A stretch of 63,703 nt of DNA, counting the filler. It is 13 parts of 13 records of this genome, joined end to end, with 100 filler letters (N's around TTAATTAATTAA, not from the genome) between each part and the next. Parts side by side here need not be neighbours in the genome. Positions count along the whole stretch, not along the records: positions 6,883 to 31,023 come from SRR9188676_2324; 12 more parts are not named here. One strand, written 5' to 3'. Made by a program: the position numbers and the translations under genes. Below the pieces are notes generated by a model. It was given only the letters and a program-made list of their open reading frames with translations, was not told the origin of the DNA and did not search any database. Shown one piece after another: positions 11,430-21,424 of this stretch; the stretch's first letter is position 1; every line of letters begins with the position of its first letter.

Positions 11430-12140
11430 TTAACTAATTAAAGTTCCTACTTCTTCTCCTCTTGCTAAATCTACTAAGTTGTTACTTTTGTTCATATCAA
11501 ATACAATGATTGGAACTTTGTTTTCTTGGCATAAAGTAAATGCCGTAGTATCCATAATTTTCAAACCTTTGCTGATTGCTTCTGCAAATGAAAGATTTGT
11601 ATAACGAGTAGCAGTTGGATCTTTTTCTGGGTCGGCAGTGTAAACACCATCTACTCTAGTTCCTTTTAATACCACATCTGCTTCGATTTCAATCGCACGC
11701 AAAGCCGCAGTAGAATCTGTTGTAAAATATGGGTTTCCAGTTCCAGCTCCGAAAATAACAATACGTCCCTTTTCTAAATGGCGCATCGCTCTACGACGAA
11801 TAAATGGTTCACAAACAGCATCCATTTTGATAGCAGTCTGTAAACGAGTAAACATACCGTGTTTTTCTAAAGAACCTTGAATCGCCATGCCGTTGATAAC
11901 AGTAGCGAGCATTCCCATATAATCTCCTTGAACACGGTCAATACCTGCTTTAGCTGCTGCTGCCCCACGGAAGATATTTCCTCCGCCAATCACAATGGCA
12001 ATTTCAACGCCTAATTCTTTTACTTTCTTAATTTCAAGAGCGTATTGCTCTAAAATTGATGGGTCAATTACTTCACCATCTGAACTGAGGGCTTCGCCTG
12101 ATAGTTTGAGAAGAATTCGTTTATACTTCGGTTTGTCCAT
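11430..12140 (-). CDS. pyrH: UMP kinase
   Basis: [43 protein letters not shown]. Confidence 0.98.
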   Translation of the reverse strand: MDKPKYKRILLKLSGEALSSDGEVIDPSILEQYALEIKKVKELGVEIAIVIGGGNIFRGAAAAKAGIDRVQGDYMGMLATVINGMAIQGSLEKHGMFTRLQTAIKMDAVCEPFIRRRAMRHLEKGRIVIFGAGTGNPYFTTDSTAALRAIEIEADVVLKGTRVDGVYTADPEKDPTATRYTNLSFAEAISKGLKIMDTTAFTLCQENKVPIIVFDMNKSNNLVDLARGEEVGTLIS

Positions 12141-12162
12141 GATTTAAGGTTTTTTTCGGAGG

Positions 12163-12170
12163 CAAAGATA
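12163..12170 (-). promoter_or_regulatory. Bacteroidota sigma -7 element for pyrH-frr
   Basis: TATCTTTG on the minus strand matches the TAnnTTTG consensus, 22 nt upstream of the ATG. Confidence 0.65.
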
Positions 12171-12220
12171 TACTTTTTTTTTATTTGGCGTGGAAAATTG
12201 TCGCTTATCAGGATAAAGAC

Positions 12221-12718
12221 TTACTCAAATTCTATTAAAACTTGATTCTTTTCCACATTCTGTTTATTATTTACTTTAATGCTTTTTACTTTACCGTCGC
12301 CAGTAGCTTTCAAAACATTTTCCATTTTCATGGCTTCTAAAATCAATAATGAATCTCCTTTTTTAATGCTATCACCAACTTGTACTTGTATTGATACGAT
12401 AAGCCCCGGCATGGGTGCTTTCAAATCATTTACTTTGGCATTGGCGGCGTCTGTCATTCCCAATTGTTCCAACAACATATCAAAACGGTCTTTTACATTT
12501 ACAACAATTTGTTTTTTGTTCAAACTTAAAAGAAATGATTTTGCTTGATAATCGGCTTCTAGTACTTCAGCATTGTAAGAACGATTTTTATAGAGAATAT
12601 GAAAATGATTTTTACGGATTTCAACAATGTCCCAGTCCAATGTTTGACCATCAATGATAGTGGCTGAATTATCAGCATGAATATTAAATGTTTGCTGGTT
12701 TACGATGGCTTTCAACAT
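12221..12718 (-). CDS. Biotin carboxyl carrier (biotin/lipoyl-attachment) protein
   Basis: KAPMPGLI and the ILEAMKMEN biotinylation motif. Confidence 0.93.
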   Translation of the reverse strand: MLKAIVNQQTFNIHADNSATIIDGQTLDWDIVEIRKNHFHILYKNRSYNAEVLEADYQAKSFLLSLNKKQIVVNVKDRFDMLLEQLGMTDAANAKVNDLKAPMPGLIVSIQVQVGDSIKKGDSLLILEAMKMENVLKATGDGKVKSIKVNNKQNVEKNQVLIEFE

Positions 12719-12729
12719 GAGAAATTTAT

Positions 12730-13638
12730 TTAAGATTTGTTCACCAAATATACACCAATAAGAATAATACTCATGCCTAAATAATGCTGAAATAATATAG
12801 CTTCACCGTCTATCACTCCCCAAAGAATCGCAACGATTGGAATAAGATAAGTAACAGAACTTGCCAGCACGGCACTCGTCATCTGAATTAAACGATTGAA
12901 AAGTACCATCGCAATGGCTGAACCTAAAATACCCAGCAACATCGCAAAAACTAAGGCTTGAATAGCATTGGGTTCTTGTAATTTTGAAATGAAGTCGGTC
13001 GAAAATAATACGCCAGCAGCAATTGGTCCGATGGTCATGAAGATACATGAAGTAATCAAGAATGAGTCGATTCCTAAACCCGTCAAGTATTTTTTAGTAA
13101 TGTTCAGATTGATTCCATAAAGTAAAGTAGCGGCAATCACAAAAAGTGCATAGCCATTTACATGGAAACCAGTAGCACCTGCCAAAATCAATAAAATGGC
13201 ACCAATAAAACCAAGTACAATACCAAAGCTTTGTCGCTTGGTGATTTTATTTCCAAAGAAGCCCGCACCAATAACCAAGGTAAACAAAGGCGTTGTAGAA
13301 TTTAAAGCGCCAGAAACGCCACTATCAAGTTTTGAACCAGCCAACGAGAACAGGAAAGCTGGCAGAAGATTCCCTAATAAACCTGCTAATAAAAAATACT
13401 TGGCTTTAGCAAAAGGGATTTTCTTGAAATTGATAATAAAGAATGGAAGAAAGAAACAAAAAGCCGAAAAAATACGAAGTGAACCGACTTGGGCGGGGTC
13501 AAAAACGACTAAACTTTTTTTGACTAAAATAAACGAACTTCCCCAAATGCCCGCTAAAAGTGCTAATAAGCCCCAAACAAGTAAAGGATTTTGAAGTTTC
13601 GTGGAGGTTGTTGTTGAAGTAGTAAGGGTTGTTTTCAT
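12730..13638 (-). CDS. DMT/EamA-family transporter
   Basis: About 10 TM segments. IWGSSFIL, LNSTTPLFT, SSVTYLIPIVAILWG. Confidence 0.92.
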   Translation of the reverse strand: MKTTLTTSTTTSTKLQNPLLVWGLLALLAGIWGSSFILVKKSLVVFDPAQVGSLRIFSAFCFFLPFFIINFKKIPFAKAKYFLLAGLLGNLLPAFLFSLAGSKLDSGVSGALNSTTPLFTLVIGAGFFGNKITKRQSFGIVLGFIGAILLILAGATGFHVNGYALFVIAATLLYGINLNITKKYLTGLGIDSFLITSCIFMTIGPIAAGVLFSTDFISKLQEPNAIQALVFAMLLGILGSAIAMVLFNRLIQMTSAVLASSVTYLIPIVAILWGVIDGEAILFQHYLGMSIILIGVYLVNKS

Positions 13639-13725
13639 AAAAAGATAACCCTTGTAAAATCAAGAAAGTTTCTTCTGATTTGAAGATAACCCTTTAGTGA
13701 TAAGTAGTTTGTAGAAAAAATTAAA

Positions 13726-13758
13726 AAGGCGAAGTAAAATTCACATTTACTTCGCCTT
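13726..13758 (-). terminator. Intrinsic terminator after dusB
   Basis: AAGGCGAAGTAAA-N7-TTTACTTCGCCTT, followed by a T-run on the minus strand. Confidence 0.8.
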
Positions 13759-13761
13759 CTT

Positions 13762-14763
13762 TTAAGCTTTTACGAGAAATTCTTCTTCGCCATAAAATAT
13801 TGATACTTCGTTGAGAATTCCTAAAATTTCTTCATAGTCCATCGAAGTAACTAATCGCATTCGGAACTCTTTAAAATGTGATATTCCTTTGAAGTAATTA
13901 GAATAATGTCTTCTCATTTCAACGATGCCCACATGATTTCCTTTCCAACGAATACTAAAATCTAAATGTTTTTTACAAACTTCGATTCTATCTTGAATCG
14001 TTGGCGGAGCGAGATGTTCTCCCGTTTTCATAAAATGTTTGATTTCATTGAAAATCCAAGGATAACCAATGGATGCTCTACCAATCATAATACCATCCAC
14101 GCCATAACGATTTTTATATTCTAGTGCTTTTTCTGGTGAATCAATATCTCCGTTACCAAAAATCGGAATTCTAATTCTTGGATTTTCTCTTACTTTGGCA
14201 ATCAATCGCCAATCTGCATCACCTTTATACATTTGTACTCTGGTTCTTCCATGAATTGTAAGTGCTTCGATGCCAATATCTTGCAAACGTTCAGCTACAT
14301 CTTCAATATTTTTAGTTGTATCGTCCCAACCTAAACGAGTTTTTACTGTTACTGGTAAATGCGTAGATTCTACAACGGCTCTGGTCATCAACACCATTTT
14401 AGGAATATCTTGCAATAAAGCCGCACCAGCACCACGACAAGCCACTTGTTTAACTGGACAACCATAATTGATGTCAATCAAATCTGGACTAGCCTTGGTA
14501 GCAATTTCTCCACAATTTCTCATGGTTTCAATATCAGAACCAAAAAGTTGAATACCAATTGGACGTTCATATTCAAAAATATCTAATTTCTGAATAGATT
14601 TCGCTGCATCACGAATTAGCCCTTCTGAAGAAATAAATTCAGTGTACATCAAATCGGCACCGTTTTCCTTGCAAACTGCACGGAAGGGAGGATCTGAAAC
14701 GTCTTCCATCGGAGCAAGTAGCAAAGGAAATTCACCTAATTCTATGTTTTTAATCTTGACCAT
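13762..14763 (-). CDS. dusB: tRNA dihydrouridine synthase DusB
   Basis: LLAPMEDVSD, IDINYGCP, VTVKTRLGWD, TIHGRTR, GNGDI. Confidence 0.95.
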   Translation of the reverse strand: MVKIKNIELGEFPLLLAPMEDVSDPPFRAVCKENGADLMYTEFISSEGLIRDAAKSIQKLDIFEYERPIGIQLFGSDIETMRNCGEIATKASPDLIDINYGCPVKQVACRGAGAALLQDIPKMVLMTRAVVESTHLPVTVKTRLGWDDTTKNIEDVAERLQDIGIEALTIHGRTRVQMYKGDADWRLIAKVRENPRIRIPIFGNGDIDSPEKALEYKNRYGVDGIMIGRASIGYPWIFNEIKHFMKTGEHLAPPTIQDRIEVCKKHLDFSIRWKGNHVGIVEMRRHYSNYFKGISHFKEFRMRLVTSMDYEEILGILNEVSIFYGEEEFLVKA

Positions 14764-14889
14764 TGTTCTTTTTCAATTATTCTCGGATGATTTTTTACCC
14801 ATCCTTTGAGTGAATATTAATTTAAACAGCTTTTTTCGCTGTTTTTGATAATTGTCCACTGCTAATTTTTACGTAAATTTACAACCATT

Positions 14890-15822
14890 ATGACAGAATT
14901 CGATACTTTTCGTCCACAAACTGAACGCCCCTTTATAGCCAAGCTAATGATTTTAGCGGGTTTGACCTTAATTTGCTTGTTTATTGGTTCCACAATAGGA
15001 CTTTTCGCTCTTTCTGCAATTACAGGAATGCCCATTACTGAAGCTGCTAATTTCCAACAACATCTTAACGATTATCCCAATACTTATCTTGGAATTATGG
15101 TTCTTCAGATGCTTTCAACACCGATGGCATTTATTGGTGCTTCCATGTTTTATTGGTCGGTTATCGAAAAACAAAGCATTCAAACTTTAAGTTTCCAAGC
15201 TACTAACTTACAAGTATTGATACTCGTTGCTATTTTAGTAATTGGTTTTATGCCTTTTGATGCTGTTTTTATCGAACTGAATCAAAAAATGCAATTGCCT
15301 GCATCAATGAAAGACGTTGAAGAATGGATGAGAACATCTGAAAAATCGATGGAGGGGCTCACTAAATTTTTGACTAATTTTAATAATCCAGCACAATTTG
15401 CCTTGGCAATTTTTGTTGTTGCAGTATTAGCTGGCGTTAGCGAAGAGTTATTATTCAGAGGCATTTTACAAAATCTAGCTTTAAAAGCTTTCAAAAATCC
15501 ACATATAGCCATTTGGTTTGCGGCTTTTTGGTTTAGTTTTATTCATTTTCAATTTTTCGGTTTTATTCCAAGAATGTTATTAGGTGCCATGTTTGGCTAT
15601 TTGTATTACTGGACACAAAACCTGTGGCTATCAATGTTTGCCCATTTTGTAAATAATGGTTTTACTTTGTTGATGGCTTATCTTTATCAAATGAAAGTAA
15701 CTAAAACTGATATTGAACAAACAGAATCTGTACCTGTTGGCTTAGCATTGGTTTCATGTTTGTTTACTGTCTTATTACTCCGCTGGTTTTGGCAACACAG
15801 TATTTACAGAAGTGACGATTGA
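14890..15822 (+). CDS. CPBP (CAAX/Abi) intramembrane glutamic endopeptidase
   Basis: EELLFRG, FSFIHFQF, AHFVNN. Confidence 0.92.
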   Translation: MTEFDTFRPQTERPFIAKLMILAGLTLICLFIGSTIGLFALSAITGMPITEAANFQQHLNDYPNTYLGIMVLQMLSTPMAFIGASMFYWSVIEKQSIQTLSFQATNLQVLILVAILVIGFMPFDAVFIELNQKMQLPASMKDVEEWMRTSEKSMEGLTKFLTNFNNPAQFALAIFVVAVLAGVSEELLFRGILQNLALKAFKNPHIAIWFAAFWFSFIHFQFFGFIPRMLLGAMFGYLYYWTQNLWLSMFAHFVNNGFTLLMAYLYQMKVTKTDIEQTESVPVGLALVSCLFTVLLLRWFWQHSIYRSDD

Positions 15823-15859
15823 TTTATTTTTGTGCTGTATCTAAAAATAATGCTATTTA

Positions 15860-16087
15860 ATGAATGATTGGAAGAAAATTTACGAGTCTGCAAATCCATT
15901 TAAAGCAGAATTAGCCAAAGCTTATTTGGAAGATGAACATCAAATCAATACAGTTGTAATCAGTAAAAGAGATAGTTCATATCTTATCGGGCTGTGTGAA
16001 GTATATGTTCACCAGAAAGATGCTGTTTTAGCCAAGTTTTTATTGGATAATGAAGGAGGATTGGAAGAAAGTAAAGAAATTGCATAA
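15860..16087 (+). CDS. DUF2007-like small protein
   Basis: WKKIY....FKAELAK..L...I..V.ISKRDSSY..G..EVYV pattern. Operonic with cdsA. Confidence 0.75.
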   Translation: MNDWKKIYESANPFKAELAKAYLEDEHQINTVVISKRDSSYLIGLCEVYVHQKDAVLAKFLLDNEGGLEESKEIA

Positions 16088-16113
16088 GTATCACTAATTA
16101 AAAAATAATCAAT

Positions 16114-16950
16114 ATGAATGAAAAACTACAAGGAATGTCAAATCTGAAACAAAGGGTAATTGCAGCGGTTGTGGCTGTTCCTTTTTTGATATTTTGCATT
16201 GTTTTTAGCGATTGGACTTTCTTTGGGCTTTTTGCTATTATTGCCATCTTAGCTCAACTTGAATTTTATAAATTATTGGGGCTAGACGGCGACGAACCTT
16301 TAACTTATTACGGTACTTTTTGTGGCTTTGTATTGGTTTCAGTTACTTTCCTCATCGAAAAAGGAATTATCCACGAAGCCAATTATTATATACTTTCACC
16401 TTTGATGGCTTTGATATTTTTTATCAAACTCTATAAAGCACAAGATGAAAAACCTTTTAAAAATATCGCTTATACTTTTTTAGGTGTTATTTATGTAGCA
16501 TTGCCATTTGCCTTAATTATCATTTTGGCATTTTTAAATAGTACAAATTTTAGTTGGCAACGTCCTTTAGGTTGTTTATTTTTGTTATGGGCAAGCGATA
16601 CAGGTGCTTATTTTGCTGGAACAAAGTTTGGTAGAACCAAGTTATTTGAAAGAGTATCACCCAAAAAATCTTGGGAAGGAAGTGTAGGTGGATTCTTAGC
16701 TTCCATGCTTGTTTCTTTTATTCTTTCTAAATACTTTACGGACCTTTTAACTTGGCAGTGGTTTGGTTGTGGTGCAATTATTGTGGTAGCGGGTACTTAT
16801 GGAGATTTAGTAGAATCATTATTTAAAAGAAGTATCAAAATAAAAGACTCTGCTTCAACCATTCCGGGGCATGGTGGTTTTTTAGATAGATTCGATGGTT
16901 TGTTACTTTCTATTCCATTTATCATTACTTTTTTAAAGTTGTTTCCGTAA
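16114..16950 (+). CDS. cdsA: Phosphatidate cytidylyltransferase
   Basis: DTGAYF.G, SPKKSWEG, GDLVESLFKR...IKDS...IPGHGGFLDRFD. Confidence 0.97.
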   Translation: MNEKLQGMSNLKQRVIAAVVAVPFLIFCIVFSDWTFFGLFAIIAILAQLEFYKLLGLDGDEPLTYYGTFCGFVLVSVTFLIEKGIIHEANYYILSPLMALIFFIKLYKAQDEKPFKNIAYTFLGVIYVALPFALIIILAFLNSTNFSWQRPLGCLFLLWASDTGAYFAGTKFGRTKLFERVSPKKSWEGSVGGFLASMLVSFILSKYFTDLLTWQWFGCGAIIVVAGTYGDLVESLFKRSIKIKDSASTIPGHGGFLDRFDGLLLSIPFIITFLKLFP

Positions 16951-17072
16951 ATTTAGCCTGAATTCTACTAGACTTACGAAACGTTAAAAACTGTTAAAGC
17001 AACACAAGATTATCATTTGAAAGCGTTAAATTGAGTAAGTTTACATAAAATTCATCATCTGAAAGTGAAACG

Positions 17073-17798
17073 ATGCTATTAAAATTAAAATACATATTTA
17101 CAATTGCTTTTATCATTTGTCTATCTCAATACACTAGCTTTGGACAAGGACAAGACAAATCCGTTATTTTTTCGGGTAGAGTTGTTGCCGACCGTAGTTC
17201 TGAGTTTCTACCGAATGCTTATGTTTTCAATCCACAGTCAGGAAGAGGTACTTTGACAGACGATTTTGGTAATTTTTCTTTGTATGTATATCCTGGTGAT
17301 AGCGTAGTATTTTCTTACGTTGGTTATAAAAAGAAGTATTACATCATTCCAAGAACCAACGATCAGACTCAAGTTGCTACCATTTTTATGACCGAAGATT
17401 CTAAGATGTTGGCGGAAGTAAAAATTTATCCATACAGAACAGAAGATGAATTTAAAAAAGCTTTTCTGGACATGAAATTGGATAATGAAGCAGGAAGAAA
17501 AGCTTTAGCAAAAAACCTTGAGCAATCGAAATTAAATGTATTGGCTTTAAGAGCGGGATTGAGTGGTGCAGGAAATTTCAAGAATTTTTCAGACCAAATG
17601 ACTTTCTCAGCTGCTAATAGAAGCTTCGTGCAAAGTCCGTTAATGGCATTTACCAATCCTTTTGCTTGGGCAAATTTCATTAAGTCAATCAAAAATGGAG
17701 ATTTAAAAAAGACTGAGTACAAAAAAGCTTATGAAGATGCCCCTTCTGAGGGAATTTCTCGTCAGAAATTCTTGAAAGAACAAAAAACTGGAAATTAG
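17073..17798 (+). CDS. Exported protein with a carboxypeptidase-regulatory-like (CarboxypepD_reg) domain
   Basis: Signal peptide, then SGRVV....E.LP.A.V...GTLTD..GNF.L....GDS.VFSYVGYK. Confidence 0.8.
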   Translation: MLLKLKYIFTIAFIICLSQYTSFGQGQDKSVIFSGRVVADRSSEFLPNAYVFNPQSGRGTLTDDFGNFSLYVYPGDSVVFSYVGYKKKYYIIPRTNDQTQVATIFMTEDSKMLAEVKIYPYRTEDEFKKAFLDMKLDNEAGRKALAKNLEQSKLNVLALRAGLSGAGNFKNFSDQMTFSAANRSFVQSPLMAFTNPFAWANFIKSIKNGDLKKTEYKKAYEDAPSEGISRQKFLKEQKTGN

Positions 17799-17858
17799 AT
17801 TGAATGTTATTTTGCTTAGTTACATTTTCCAGTAATTTTCACAGCATTTATCAATTAT

Positions 17859-17907
17859 AAAAACTTCCAGAAAAACGGTTCGTTTGAACTGTTTTTTGGA
17901 AGTTTTT
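17859..17907. terminator. Long intergenic hairpin or terminator
   Basis: AAAAACTTCCAGAAAAACGGTTC...GAACTGTTTTTTGGAAGTTTTT. Confidence 0.65.
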
Positions 17908-17940
17908 CATTTTTAAAAACATATTTAACCACTTTGAATA

Positions 17941-18675
17941 TTGGAGTTTATTACTGAATCATACCGAATTAGAATTACCGAAGTAGATGCCCACAGCAAT
18001 CTGACGATTCCTGCTTTGAATGGACTGTTTCAAGAAATGGCTTGGCGACATTCAGTCGTTGCTAATGTTTCTGCCCCAGATTTGAGTGCCCAACATAATA
18101 TTACTTGGGTGTTATCTCGCATGAAAATATGGATTGAACAATTGCCATCTTATGATGAAACTGTTGTTGTAAAAACATACGTTCAAGAAATAGACAAGTA
18201 TTTTTACTATCGTGATTTTAAAGTCTATAATGCCGCTGGCGTTGAAATAATTCGTGCCAATGCCTTGTTTGGCTTGATTGATATTGCTCGTCGTAGAATA
18301 ACATCTGTGCCAGATTGGATGCGTGCTATCACTCCAACTTGTGGAAGCGAAAAACCTGTGCAAAAGGTTACTGGTAAAATTTCACCCTTGACTACTGTTG
18401 AAACACAAAGAGCTTTCGATATTCGTTGGCATGATATTGATTCAAACCAACATGCGAATAATAATCGATATGTAGAATGGTTGATGGAAAGTGTTCCTAC
18501 CAATGTGTTGAACGATGGAGTACTAAAAACTTTTGAAATTATTTTTAAGAACGAAAGTCTTTTCGGAGATAAAATCATCACACAAAGCCAAAGAGGAAAA
18601 GATGGGTTTATTCACAAAATGGTCAATCAAAACGGACTAGAATTGGTGACAGGTGAAACGGTGTGGACTTTGTAA
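17941..18675 (+). CDS. Acyl-ACP thioesterase
   Basis: TTG start. WVLSR and the catalytic motif DIDSNQHANN..Y.EW..E. Confidence 0.9.
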   Translation: MEFITESYRIRITEVDAHSNLTIPALNGLFQEMAWRHSVVANVSAPDLSAQHNITWVLSRMKIWIEQLPSYDETVVVKTYVQEIDKYFYYRDFKVYNAAGVEIIRANALFGLIDIARRRITSVPDWMRAITPTCGSEKPVQKVTGKISPLTTVETQRAFDIRWHDIDSNQHANNNRYVEWLMESVPTNVLNDGVLKTFEIIFKNESLFGDKIITQSQRGKDGFIHKMVNQNGLELVTGETVWTL

Positions 18676-18735
18676 GCTATCAGGAATGAGCTTTGAGCCA
18701 TCAGTTTTGGATTTTAAAAAAGAAAATATTGTTAC

Positions 18736-19245
18736 TCAAAGCTCTCCCAAAATCTTTAATGCCCGATTCTTAAATGCTGGAGATTGATATGGCAATTGCT
18801 CTTCTAAGATAAATTTCAATTCCGTTTTAAGTTCAGGATAATGCTTGCTGAGATTGAACAAAACCGTCATTGAAAATGCTTTGATGGCAACCGCTTCTTC
18901 ATGATTACTCAAGTATTGAAAGCAAATATCTGCCGCAATTCCATGTAACTCTTCAGGGATTTCAACAGTTTGTAACACTCGAATCGTATTACGTTTAATA
19001 GCATCATGCAAATTATCTTGCTTGAGATTCAATAGCATTTTTTCAATGTAAGGCATTATCAAAAAACTCCAACGGTCAATACAATGCGACATAATATTGG
19101 CAGCATGCTGGTTTTTTCTGCTATCTCCTTCAAAGAAAACAGTCATTAATTCATCAAATCTTGCGGGATTTCCATCAATCCAATCAATGATTGTAGCAAA
19201 TTTTTCTTTTGAAAACCGTTCTGGAATGGCTTCTTTGACATTCAT
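18736..19245 (-). CDS. Conserved hypothetical helical-repeat (HEAT-like) protein
   Basis: 169 aa, helical. AVAIKAFSMTVL..L...YPEL..EL. Starts directly after the OmpA-family gene. Confidence 0.7.
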   Translation of the reverse strand: MNVKEAIPERFSKEKFATIIDWIDGNPARFDELMTVFFEGDSRKNQHAANIMSHCIDRWSFLIMPYIEKMLLNLKQDNLHDAIKRNTIRVLQTVEIPEELHGIAADICFQYLSNHEEAVAIKAFSMTVLFNLSKHYPELKTELKFILEEQLPYQSPAFKNRALKILGEL

Positions 19246-19246
19246 T

Positions 19247-21145
19247 TTATAAAAATTTTATCTCTATTCTTCGGTTTAGTTTTCTATTTTCTGCGGAAGT
19301 ATTTGGTAAAAGTGGCTTGGTTTTCCCATATCCTTCTGATTTCACCATTGCAGGATTTATTCCTTTCTGCACTAAATAATCTCTGACAGATTTGGCTCTT
19401 TTCTGAGATAAAATTAAGTTCTCAGCGTCCTTCCCTACATCGTCAGTATGCCCCGAAACTTCAATCGGTAAACCTTTATTTTCATTCAGCAAAAGTGTTA
19501 ATTTATCCAATTCAATCATCGATGCTGGTTGTAATTCCCATTTTCCAGTATCAAAAAAGATATTATTTAATATTTCTTTGGCATTCTTTTGAATAGGTTC
19601 AAGTGAAATATTAAGTATTTTATCAATCCCGATTTGTTGTGATAAATCCACATTGATACTCTTGAAAAAGTAGCCTTTTTTATTTACAAAAATAGCGTAT
19701 TCGTTGCCAGCCGTAAGTACGAAAGTATAAATCCCAGTTTGATTATCAGCAGTGAACAAGCCTATTTTTTCTTTATCTTTCAATGATACTAATTCAATAT
19801 TAGCTGATATTTTTTGATTGGTTTGTGCGTCAGTAACAACTCCTTTCAAGAAAAAAGTAGGTTTGAATTTACGCTGTAAACTTTCGGGCAAAGCAATTTC
19901 TACAATTTTTGCCCTACGAATTTTATCATCTTGACTTCTTTCCAGAGAATAATAAGCTTTTTTGCTATCTGAACTAATAAACAAGGCTACTTGGTCTTCA
20001 TGAGTATTCAATGGGAAGCCTAAATTTTCTGGAGTACTCCATTTTCCTTCTTGATTTTCAGTAAAAAACAAATCCAATCCACCCATTCCTACATGTCCTT
20101 CGGAAGAGAAAAAAAGTGTTTTTCCGTTGGCATGAATAAAAGGCGAAAGGTCATCTTCAACGGTATTGATTATATTTCCAAGATTGATGGCTTTTGTCCA
20201 AGTATTGCTTGAATCTAATTGACTTACCCAAATATCTCTTTTGCCAATACTTCCTCTTCTATCAGAAACGAAATATAAAGTCCGACCATCGGCAGAAAGC
20301 GAAGGCTGAGATTCCCATTCGCCAGAATTAATGTTTGTTCCTAAATTTTGTGGTGCCGACCAGTTATTTCCTTCTTTATAAGTAATGAATAAATCGCAAC
20401 TTCCAAAACCTCTTCTGCCTCCGCAAGAAGTAAATACTAAAGTTCTACCATCGGCCGAAATTGAGGCTGTTCCTTCATTTTCAAGCGTATTGATTTTATC
20501 TGAAATTGAAACAGGAACAGACCAAGTACTGTCTTTGAAAACAGATTGATAAAGATTTTCGTCTTTATCTTGTTGACCCGTAAAAATTAGCGTTTCACGG
20601 TCGGCAGAAAGTACGGGAAAGTATTGAGAATCAAAGCGATTGACAGTTTTTGGTAATTCGACAGGTGTAATTTTTAGCGGATTTTCTAAAGATTTAAGGG
20701 CAAACTTACAGCTTTCTAAACGAGCCAAATATCTTTTTTGATTAGAAACTGTAACAGCGGGAAGTCCTTTTTCTAAATAAATTAAAGCCTTTGGGTAATC
20801 TCCTTTTTTGAGGTATAATTGTCCTACTTGTTGCGAAGCGATTTCGGTAACTGAGCTTTTTTCTTGGGCATTTACTGCCTTTTCATAATTCAAAATGGCA
20901 TTGCCAAATTGGCGACTTTGTTCGTATAATTTGGCTAAATGAAAGTAAGGTTCGGCAAATAAATTATCTTTTTCAATGGCTTCTTCAAATTCATTGAAAG
21001 CCATTTCAATGTTGCGTTCTTGTAATGCTTTTAAACCTTTTTGGTAAGCCTCAATTGCTTTTTTATTGGTTGAAGACAGCGTATTTTGAGCTTTTGAATG
21101 AGAAGTACAAACAAATAAAACGAAGAATAAAAGAAAGTATCTCAT
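19247..21145 (-). CDS. PorE-like OmpA-family protein (TPR + PD40 propeller + CRD + OmpA_C)
   Basis: Signal peptide, TPRs, repeated P.LSADG.TL.F.S, and the OmpA motifs IEVSGHTD..G....N..LS.KRA..V and NRRIE. Confidence 0.9.
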   Translation of the reverse strand: MRYFLLFFVLFVCTSHSKAQNTLSSTNKKAIEAYQKGLKALQERNIEMAFNEFEEAIEKDNLFAEPYFHLAKLYEQSRQFGNAILNYEKAVNAQEKSSVTEIASQQVGQLYLKKGDYPKALIYLEKGLPAVTVSNQKRYLARLESCKFALKSLENPLKITPVELPKTVNRFDSQYFPVLSADRETLIFTGQQDKDENLYQSVFKDSTWSVPVSISDKINTLENEGTASISADGRTLVFTSCGGRRGFGSCDLFITYKEGNNWSAPQNLGTNINSGEWESQPSLSADGRTLYFVSDRRGSIGKRDIWVSQLDSSNTWTKAINLGNIINTVEDDLSPFIHANGKTLFFSSEGHVGMGGLDLFFTENQEGKWSTPENLGFPLNTHEDQVALFISSDSKKAYYSLERSQDDKIRRAKIVEIALPESLQRKFKPTFFLKGVVTDAQTNQKISANIELVSLKDKEKIGLFTADNQTGIYTFVLTAGNEYAIFVNKKGYFFKSINVDLSQQIGIDKILNISLEPIQKNAKEILNNIFFDTGKWELQPASMIELDKLTLLLNENKGLPIEVSGHTDDVGKDAENLILSQKRAKSVRDYLVQKGINPAMVKSEGYGKTKPLLPNTSAENRKLNRRIEIKFL

Positions 21146-21307
21146 GTCTGAAAAATTTAATAGAGCAAAAGAATTTATTTTACAAAAACGACAAAGGTTT
21201 TGTTAGTGTTAATGCTCTTTTAAGAAATTCTGAAACATAAAATCTTTATTAATAACAAATATTTAAGTTCAAAACAGAAGGTATCATATTTCTATATTAG
21301 ACAATCA

Positions 21308-21380
21308 GTAGCGGCAACCCTTGCGGTTGCCCCGGTTGCCCGCACAACAATGAAAGGGCAACCGCAAGGGTTGCCGCTAC
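21308..21380. repeat. REP doublet (REPIN-like), GTAG family
   Basis: Perfect 25-bp inverted repeat GTAGCGGCAACCCTTGCGGTTGCCC / GGGCAACCGCAAGGGTTGCCGCTAC. Each arm is itself an imperfect palindrome. GC-rich in an AT-rich background. Confidence 0.85.
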
Positions 21381-21424
21381 AATTGAAATATGAACTCATA
21401 AATTTTGCATGACTAACATCACCT

